Shown: piece by piece, positions 53,310 to 59,390 of the stretch | How the letters are laid out: each line of letters opens with the position of its first letter | Numbering within the stretch: the first letter of the stretch is position 1 | Source: a bacterium | GTDB lineage: Bacteria; CAIJMQ01; JAADFP01 | Reading direction: 5' to 3' | Assembly (NCBI GenBank): GCA_027021085.1 | Contig: JALUVB010000053.1 | Location: 1 to 59,390 of the forward strand | Length of the DNA stretch: 59,390 bases | Program-made: the position numbers and the translations under genes | Notes under the pieces: model-generated | What the model was told of the DNA's origin: nothing | What the model saw: the letters and a program-made list of their open reading frames with translations, nothing else | The model's database searches: none

Positions 53310-54611
53310 TTATAGCCTTCCTGTCCTGCTCACTTCTTCCGGGTGGGCAATGTGCCCCTTTATGGCGGAAGCAGCTGCTACTGCCGGAGAAGCAAGATAT
53401 ACTTCACTTTCCGGATGCCCCATTCTCCCGATAAAGTTCCGGTTTGTGGTGGCTACGCATCTTTCTCCCTTGGCCAGGATGCCCATATGCCCTCCTAAGC
53501 AGGGTCCGCAGGTAGGAGGGGAGACTACCCCTCCGGCTTCTACAAACACCTGGAGCCAGCCTTTGGTCAGAGCTTCCAGGTAAATTTTCTGTGTGGCAGG
53601 AATTACTATGAGCCGTACTCCGGGATGGACCTTTTTCCCCCGCAAAATTTCTGCAGATATTTTTAGATCTTCACTTCTTCCGTTTGTACAGGAGCCTATA
53701 ACTACCTGGTCAATTTTGACATGCGTGGAATCTTTTACTTTTCTCACATTTGAAGGAAGGTGGGGAAAGGCAACTAAAGGCTCAATTTTTCCCGCGTCAA
53801 ATTCAAGTATCCTTTCGTATTCGGCCTCTTTATCGCTGTAATACGGGGTAAAAGGCCTATTACGCGTGTTTACCTCTTCTATGAACTGCCTGGTTTTCTT
53901 ATCGGGAGCAATGATGCCGTTTTTTGCTCCCGCCTCGATAGCCATATTGCAAATGGTAAGCCTGCCTTCTATGGATATGTTTCCTATCGCTTCCCCGCTA
54001 ATTTCCAGGGATTTATAATTTGCTCCGTTTACGCCCAGCTTCCCGATAAGAAAAAGAATAATATCCTTGGCACTTACCCATGGTTTGAGGCTTCCGTAAA
54101 AAATTACCTTTATGCTCTCAGGAACCCTCAGCCAGATTTTACCCGTAAGCATGGCAAAGGCCAGGTCTGTGCTGCCTACGCCGGTGGAAAAGGCTCCCAG
54201 TGCTCCGTAAGTACAGGTATGGGAATCAGCACCTATTATGAGTTCTCCGGGAAGGACCAATCCTTCCTCGGGAAGAAGAGCATGCTCTACTCCCACTTTA
54301 CCCACTTCGTAGTAATGTTCTATCTTAAAGCTGCGGGCAAATTCGCGTAGTGTTTTGCATTGTTCTGCAGAAGCTATGTCTTTATTCGGCGTGAAGTGGT
54401 CGGGTACAAGGGCGATTTTCCCCCGGTCAAAGACTCTTTGCTCTCTCAATTCCTTTATCTTTTTAATGGACAAGGGAGCCGTGATATCGTTCCCCAGGGC
54501 AAGATCGATATCTGCCAGGATAAATTCTCCCGGGGAAACTTCCTTTCTCCCGCTGTGAGCGGCCAGTATCTTTTCCGTAATGGTTTGCGGTTTACTCTTC
54601 ATACTGTTCAA
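53310..54611 (-). CDS. leuC: Aconitase-family dehydratase large subunit (3-isopropylmalate dehydratase or homoaconitase, LeuC/HacA type)
   Basis: [12 protein letters not shown]..., [15 protein letters not shown], and Cys ligand motifs ([15 protein letters not shown]). Confidence 0.8.
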   Translation of the reverse strand: MNSMKSKPQTITEKILAAHSGRKEVSPGEFILADIDLALGNDITAPLSIKKIKELREQRVFDRGKIALVPDHFTPNKDIASAEQCKTLREFARSFKIEHYYEVGKVGVEHALLPEEGLVLPGELIIGADSHTCTYGALGAFSTGVGSTDLAFAMLTGKIWLRVPESIKVIFYGSLKPWVSAKDIILFLIGKLGVNGANYKSLEISGEAIGNISIEGRLTICNMAIEAGAKNGIIAPDKKTRQFIEEVNTRNRPFTPYYSDKEAEYERILEFDAGKIEPLVAFPHLPSNVRKVKDSTHVKIDQVVIGSCTNGRSEDLKISAEILRGKKVHPGVRLIVIPATQKIYLEALTKGWLQVFVEAGGVVSPPTCGPCLGGHMGILAKGERCVATTNRNFIGRMGHPESEVYLASPAVAAASAIKGHIAHPEEVSRTGRL

Positions 54612-55110
54612 AAGAAATTATCTCCTCCATCTTTTTCCGGGGAGTTTTCCATCTTTTATCTTTCAGGGGATAACCTACGGGAATCACTGCTACTACCTGG
54701 ACCTCTTCAGGGATGTGGAGCAATCTTTTCAGGCGCCGATTATCAAATGCTCCTATCCAGCATGTTCCCAACCCCTCATTCTCTGCGGCCAGAACCAGGT
54801 GTTCTACGGCAATTGCTACATCTACCAGTGTGCTGGAAGTGTAACCCCCTATGCGGGAAGGCGTGGGCGAGCCACAGGCTACAATGACCACTGGCGCTTC
54901 TCCTACGAAACTTTGTCCCATGCAAAGCTCGGCAATCCTCCTTTTCCTTTCCTCTTCCCTTACCACGATAAATTTCCAGGGCTGGAAATTATTTGCCGAG
55001 GGAGCAAGCCGCGCTGCTTCCAGGATGCGGGAAAGCACCTCGTCAGGGAGCGGGTCAAGGCGGAAACGCCTGGTACTGCCCCTATTTTTTACAACTTCGT
55101 TGAATTCCAT
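54592..55110 (-). CDS. Nitroreductase family protein
   Basis: RGSTRRF...[21 protein letters not shown]. Confidence 0.8.
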   Translation of the reverse strand: MEFNEVVKNRGSTRRFRLDPLPDEVLSRILEAARLAPSANNFQPWKFIVVREEERKRRIAELCMGQSFVGEAPVVIVACGSPTPSRIGGYTSSTLVDVAIAVEHLVLAAENEGLGTCWIGAFDNRRLKRLLHIPEEVQVVAVIPVGYPLKDKRWKTPRKKMEEIISFEQYEE

Positions 55111-55284
55111 AACCAGGGTAATTTTACCTTACTTGCTGTATAATTCCAAGCTGTCTCTTCCCCCGGAAGATTATTACGAAGGTGGAATTTTGACACCGGG
55201 ACTGTCCTTCAACCCCGACATAGGGCGCGGCAAGGCTTCCTCTCAAATTTGGCTACCAGCTTTGCTGCAAGAGACAATGCGAAA

Positions 55285-56793
55285 TCAGTGCCGGAAGTGT
55301 CTTTTCCCGGTAAATACCATGGCAATATCGTTCTGGTCGGCAGCTCGTATACACTCTTCGTCTCTTTTTGCCCCCCCTGGCTCCACGATAGCCGTTATGC
55401 CTGCCTTGGCAGCCGCCTCAATAGAATCCGGGAAAGGGAAAAAAGCATCGGAGGCCAGAACCCCGCCCCGTACCTTATCCCCTCCCTTTGCTATGGCTAT
55501 CTTCACTGCATCCACACGCGACATCTGCCCTGCTCCGATTCCTACTGTGCACTTATCTTTTACAATGACTATGGCATTGGATTTAACGTGTTTTGCTACT
55601 TTCCAGGCAAATTCCAGGTCATCCCATTCCTTTTCCTCCGGTAGCCTGTTGCTGACTACTTTGCCTTTCCTTACCGATTCCTGCGATAAATCCTTTGCCT
55701 GGTAAAGGAATCCGCTGGCAGCACTTCTTACTTCCCACTTATCACTTCCTCCTTCCCACTCTATGGCTCTGAGGCTGGGCCTGGTAGCAAACTCTTTGAG
55801 TGCGTTTGCAGAAAAAGAGGGAGCTATGATTACCTCTACAAAAGTAGAAACAATCTCTTTAGCCAGCTTCTGGTCCACGGGTCGATTTACTCCCACCACA
55901 CTGCCAAAAGCACTTACCGAGTCAGCTTCCCGCGCCTTTACATAGGCATTATATATGTCTGTATCGGAAGCCAATCCGCAGGGATTGGTATGCTTTATCA
56001 CCACTGCCGTCGGATCGGAAAAGTCTCTCAAAATCCTCATCACTGCATCCATATCCAGAAGATTGTTATAAGAAATTTCTTTCCCCTGTTTTTTCTTCCA
56101 GGGTACTTTAGAGGAATAAAAGGTGGATTTCTGGTGAGGGTTTTCCCCGTAGCGGAGATCCTGGAAGCGGGGTGCTTCTATTAATAGGTAAGGAGGTATT
56201 TCTTCTCCTCGCAGTGAGGTAAAGTAGCGGGCGATGGCTATATCGTACGAAGCGGTATGGGCAAAAGCCTTTTCTGCCAGTTCCCTCCTCTTATCAAAGG
56301 AAAGGTCTCCTTTTTTGCCCAGCTCTTTCAGTACCCAGAGATAGTCTTCTGCATCGACCAATACGATTACACCGGGAAAGTTCTTCGCGGCAGCCCTTAT
56401 CATCGTAGGGCCACCTATATCTATGTTTCCCAGGGCTTCTTCAACCTCCACCCCTGGCTTACTAACCACCTCTCTGAAAGGATAGAGATTCACCACTACC
56501 ATATCTATCCGGGGGATGGCAAACTTTTTCACTTCTTCTTGGTGAACCGCATCTTTTCTTTTAAATAAAATCCCCCCGTGGATCAAAGGATGGAGTGTTT
56601 TTACCCTTCCACTGAGAATTTCGGGGAACCCTGTAACTTCTGAAACTTCTTTTACATTAATTTCTTTGCTTTTCAGTAATTTTGCTGTCCCGCCTGTGGA
56701 GAGTATCTCTACCCCTAAATCTGCTAACCCCCGGGCAAGGTCCACTATCCCTTTCTTATCATAAACACTTATAAGAGCTCTTCTAATTTCCAT
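55285..56793 (-). CDS. purH: Bifunctional AICAR transformylase / IMP cyclohydrolase
   Basis: RALISVYDKKGIVDLA...STGGTAK...VKTLHP.IHGGIL. The C-terminus is ...TGKRHFRH. Confidence 0.95.
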   Translation of the reverse strand: MEIRRALISVYDKKGIVDLARGLADLGVEILSTGGTAKLLKSKEINVKEVSEVTGFPEILSGRVKTLHPLIHGGILFKRKDAVHQEEVKKFAIPRIDMVVVNLYPFREVVSKPGVEVEEALGNIDIGGPTMIRAAAKNFPGVIVLVDAEDYLWVLKELGKKGDLSFDKRRELAEKAFAHTASYDIAIARYFTSLRGEEIPPYLLIEAPRFQDLRYGENPHQKSTFYSSKVPWKKKQGKEISYNNLLDMDAVMRILRDFSDPTAVVIKHTNPCGLASDTDIYNAYVKAREADSVSAFGSVVGVNRPVDQKLAKEIVSTFVEVIIAPSFSANALKEFATRPSLRAIEWEGGSDKWEVRSAASGFLYQAKDLSQESVRKGKVVSNRLPEEKEWDDLEFAWKVAKHVKSNAIVIVKDKCTVGIGAGQMSRVDAVKIAIAKGGDKVRGGVLASDAFFPFPDSIEAAAKAGITAIVEPGGAKRDEECIRAADQNDIAMVFTGKRHFRH

Positions 56794-56820
56794 TACTCAC
56801 TCCTTTTTTATTTTACTAAG

Positions 56821-56894
56821 CGCGCCAGGGAGGATTCGAACCCCCGGCCTGCGGCTTAGGAGGCCGCCGCTCTGTCCTCCTGAGCTACTGGCGC
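56821..56894 (-). tRNA. tRNA-Arg (anticodon CCT)
   Basis: The reverse complement is GCGCCAGTAGCTCAGGAGGACAGAGCGGCGGCCTCCTAAGCCGCAGGCCGGGGGTTCGAATCCTCCCTGGCGCG. The anticodon loop is CTCCTAA. Confidence 0.9.
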
Positions 56895-56905
56895 TTTTTA
56901 GTACT

Positions 56906-57421
56906 TTAGTATTTTATCAAAGAATGGAGGGAATATCCTTTGAGTTTTTCCCTTCCCTTAAGCTCCCTTAGCTCAATAAGAAAAGTAATTCCCACGATAT
57001 TGGCTTTTTCCTGCTCCACTAATTCAATGGTGGCAGCGATTGTACCTCCCGTGGCTAATAAATCGTCCACTATTAAAACTTTCTCTCCTTCTTGCAGTGC
57101 CCCCTGGTGTATTTCCAGTGTATCCTTACCATATTCCAGGTCATACTCTGCTGATATAGTGCGATAGGGGAGTTTCCCCTTTTTCCTGACCGGGATAAAT
57201 CCTGCTTTCAACAGGTAGGCAATAATTCCTCCCAGGATAAATCCGCGGGATTCTACAGCTACCACCTTGCTTATGCCCTTATCCTGAAAAGGAGCAATCA
57301 TAAGCTCTACTGACCTTCTCAATGCAGAGGCATTATTGAGAAGAGGAGTTATATCTCTGAACAATATACCCTGCTTGGGAAAATCGGGTATATTTCTGAT
57401 GTATTTCTTTAATTCTTCCAT
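56906..57421 (-). CDS. apt: Adenine phosphoribosyltransferase
   Basis: FPKQGILFRDITPLL..., and the PRPP motif VLIVDDLLATGGT. Confidence 0.95.
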   Translation of the reverse strand: MEELKKYIRNIPDFPKQGILFRDITPLLNNASALRRSVELMIAPFQDKGISKVVAVESRGFILGGIIAYLLKAGFIPVRKKGKLPYRTISAEYDLEYGKDTLEIHQGALQEGEKVLIVDDLLATGGTIAATIELVEQEKANIVGITFLIELRELKGREKLKGYSLHSLIKY

Positions 57422-57525
57422 AACTTCTCCTCCTTTGCTCTTTATCTTATAAATCGTAAGATTAAACCATAAAAATAGTTTATTTACAAATAAGGAAAGG
57501 GATAAAGGTGTTATAATTGCATAAT

Positions 57526-58299
57526 ATGAGCATGCTTAAAGAAGGGGATTACGTGTTTCTGCTTGATCCGAAAGGGAAGAAGTATTTTGTCACTCTCCGT
57601 AAAGGAGGGGTATTCCATTCTCACCGGGGAGCTCTCAAGCATGAAGATATTATAGGGAAAGAAGAAGGCACAGTTATCAGCCCTGCCCAGGGAGCACACT
57701 TTATGGTTTTCAAGCCCACGTTGTGGGAGTATCTCTTACATATGAAAAGGATATCCGGTATTATTTACCCGAAGGATATAGGCTTTGTCTGGATGTGGGG
57801 AGACATTTTCCCGGGTGCGCGGGTGATAGAGGGGGGAGTTGGTTCAGGCTCGATGCTTATTGCCCTTTCCCGCATGGTAGGAGAGAAGGGAGAAATTATC
57901 TCCTACGAGCTCAGGGAAGATATGATAAAGAGGGCAGAGGAAAATTTAAAGAACCTGTACGGAGAAATTCCTTCCCGGATAAAGATAAAAAGGGAAAACA
58001 TATACGAGGGGATTCAGGAAAGGGAGATAGATAGGATTGTCCTGGATGTTCCTGAACCCTGGCAGGTGGTCCCCCATGCATATGTTGCGTTGAAAGGAGG
58101 AGGAATTATCATAGCCTACATCCCCTCCGTTACCCAGGCTTCCCGTTTGCACGCAGAGCTGGTGAATAACAAGTTTTCCTGCGTGGAAACCCTGGAGGTG
58201 CTCATTCGCTCCTGGCACATAAAAGGCGAGAGCGTCCGTCCTGAACATAGAATGATAGGGCACACGGGATTTCTGGTAAAGGGCAGGAAGTCATTATGA
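57526..58299 (+). CDS. trmI: tRNA (adenine-N1)-methyltransferase TrmI (GCD14 family)
   Basis: LKEGDYVFLLDPKGKKYFV...IIYPKD..., and SAM motif VIEGGVGSGSM. I prefer the ATG at 57526 to the TTG at 57517. Confidence 0.8.
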   Translation: MSMLKEGDYVFLLDPKGKKYFVTLRKGGVFHSHRGALKHEDIIGKEEGTVISPAQGAHFMVFKPTLWEYLLHMKRISGIIYPKDIGFVWMWGDIFPGARVIEGGVGSGSMLIALSRMVGEKGEIISYELREDMIKRAEENLKNLYGEIPSRIKIKRENIYEGIQEREIDRIVLDVPEPWQVVPHAYVALKGGGIIIAYIPSVTQASRLHAELVNNKFSCVETLEVLIRSWHIKGESVRPEHRMIGHTGFLVKGRKSL

Positions 58300-59390
58300 A
58301 GGTGTATATAGAGACCTACGGCTGTCAGATGAACCAGTACGACAGCGGGGTACTTTCTTTTCTGGTCAAGGAAAGGGGATGGGAATTGGCGGAGGAATGG
58401 AATGAGGCGGAGGCGATACTGGTAAATACCTGCAGTGTGAGAGCGCATGCAGAAAACAGGGTCTTGTCCCGCCTTGGTGTCTGGGGAAAACATAAAAGAG
58501 AGAAAAACCCCTCCCTTCTCCTGGGAGTTATTGGCTGTATGGCCCAGAAGGAAGGTAAAACTCTCCTTGATAGGTTCCCTTTCCTTGACCTGGTGGTGGG
58601 GACACACAGGTTGTGGGATATCCCTGCACTTTTAGAAAAGGCAAGGAAGGAGAGAATACTGGCTATAGAGCCTACATACCAAAATTTCCCCCTGCCCAAA
58701 GTTGCTGCAGGAGGCGTGAGTGCATTTGTTTCCATAATGCGGGGATGTAACAACTTCTGCTCCTACTGCATCGTTCCCTACGTAAGGGGAAGGGAAAGAA
58801 GCCGTCCCCCGGAAGAGATACTGGAGGAGGTAAAAATTCTGCTGGAAAGGGGGGTGAAGGAAGTTACTCTCCTGGGACAGAATGTTAACTCGTATCGCGG
58901 GGTATCGCTGAAAAAGGGAACTGTATATGACCTCCCGGATCTTCTGAAAGAATTAAATGGAGTAGAAGGTTTATACAGGATAAAATTTGCCACCTCGCAC
59001 CCGAAGGACCTTTCGGATAAATTGATACGTACAGTGAAAGATTGTCAAAAGGTGTGTGAATATCTGCATGTGCCTGTGCAATCAGGTTCAAACAGAATAC
59101 TTGCTTTGATGAAGAGAGGTTACACGCGCGAAAATTATCTTAACCTGGTGAAGAATATCCGAAAAGAAATCCCTGAGGCAAGTATTACTACGGATATAAT
59201 TGTTGGTTTTCCCACCGAAGAAGAAGAGGATTTCCTGGGTACAAAGGAGCTCATGGAAGAAGTCAGGTTTGATACTGCCTATATTTTTAAATATTCGCCC
59301 CGACCTCATACCGCGGCCGCAAAACTTCCCGATGATGTGCCGCGGGAAGAGAAAGAGAAAAGGTTGGGAGAATTACTGGCTCTGCAGAAA
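58296..59390 (+). CDS. miaB: tRNA-i6A37 methylthiotransferase MiaB; its 3' end runs off the window
   Basis: Hand translation gives MKVYIETYGCQMNQYDSG...LVNTCSVR...GCMAQ..., the radical SAM motif CNNFCSYC, and ...YIFKYSPRPHT. The ATGA overlaps the trmI stop. It is open to the window end (365 codons). Confidence 0.9.
   Translation, partial: MKVYIETYGCQMNQYDSGVLSFLVKERGWELAEEWNEAEAILVNTCSVRAHAENRVLSRLGVWGKHKREKNPSLLLGVIGCMAQKEGKTLLDRFPFLDLVVGTHRLWDIPALLEKARKERILAIEPTYQNFPLPKVAAGGVSAFVSIMRGCNNFCSYCIVPYVRGRERSRPPEEILEEVKILLERGVKEVTLLGQNVNSYRGVSLKKGTVYDLPDLLKELNGVEGLYRIKFATSHPKDLSDKLIRTVKDCQKVCEYLHVPVQSGSNRILALMKRGYTRENYLNLVKNIRKEIPEASITTDIIVGFPTEEEEDFLGTKELMEEVRFDTAYIFKYSPRPHTAAAKLPDDVPREEKEKRLGELLALQK

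Noticed and set aside
55111-55284. Possible ZTP (pfl) riboswitch near purH, because of GGTGGAATTTTGACACCGGG
   Set aside because: The segment lies downstream of purH, not upstream. On the plus strand no gene follows it. The conserved GGGTCGTGACTGGCG and CCGCCTGGGC elements are absent.

Overview
This 59.4-kb window looks like chromosomal DNA from an uncultivated diderm bacterium. BamD-, LptE- and TonB-like genes and MurJ are present, the coding is compact, and many gene ends overlap. No taxon can be assigned from sequence alone.

Layout:
(1) 1-5005 is a strongly AT-rich accessory island on the minus strand. It holds a truncated VapB-like antitoxin with a perfect sigma70 promoter, a 587-aa orphan protein, and a single-chain type IIG-like restriction-modification-specificity enzyme. 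The ORFs are separated by same-oriented copies of a GC-rich, structurally covarying element of about 150 nt. Each ORF is also bracketed by its own 10-12 bp inverted repeat.
(2) 5006-18503 is a minus-strand glycan-biosynthesis cluster. It has six GT4 glycosyltransferases, a Trm112-methyltransferase, a B12-radical SAM enzyme, a BKACE enzyme, a GNAT, a CapK-like ligase and GmhB, with a nested VapBC pair.
(3) 18.7-59.4 kb is housekeeping: uvrC, murJ, rpsT, an NSS transporter with a small subunit, a tonB-like gene, the nlpD-bamD-lptE-holA train, hflX, miaA, pabBC, hisBA, topA, xerC, an EndoQ-like gene, a sugar operon, mscS, leuC-like, purH, apt, trmI and miaB. Five tRNAs are embedded in it.
(4) A dispersed family of mosaic intergenic repeats occupies at least six gaps. 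It is built from tandem heptamers plus REP-like hairpins. One perfect 80-bp inverted pair brackets the EndoQ-like gene.

I recognised no rRNA, CRISPR array, transposase or phage genes. The best candidate for something new is the cassette-like island at 1-5 kb. All calls rest on reading the sequence and ORF track by eye. No database search or folding program was run.
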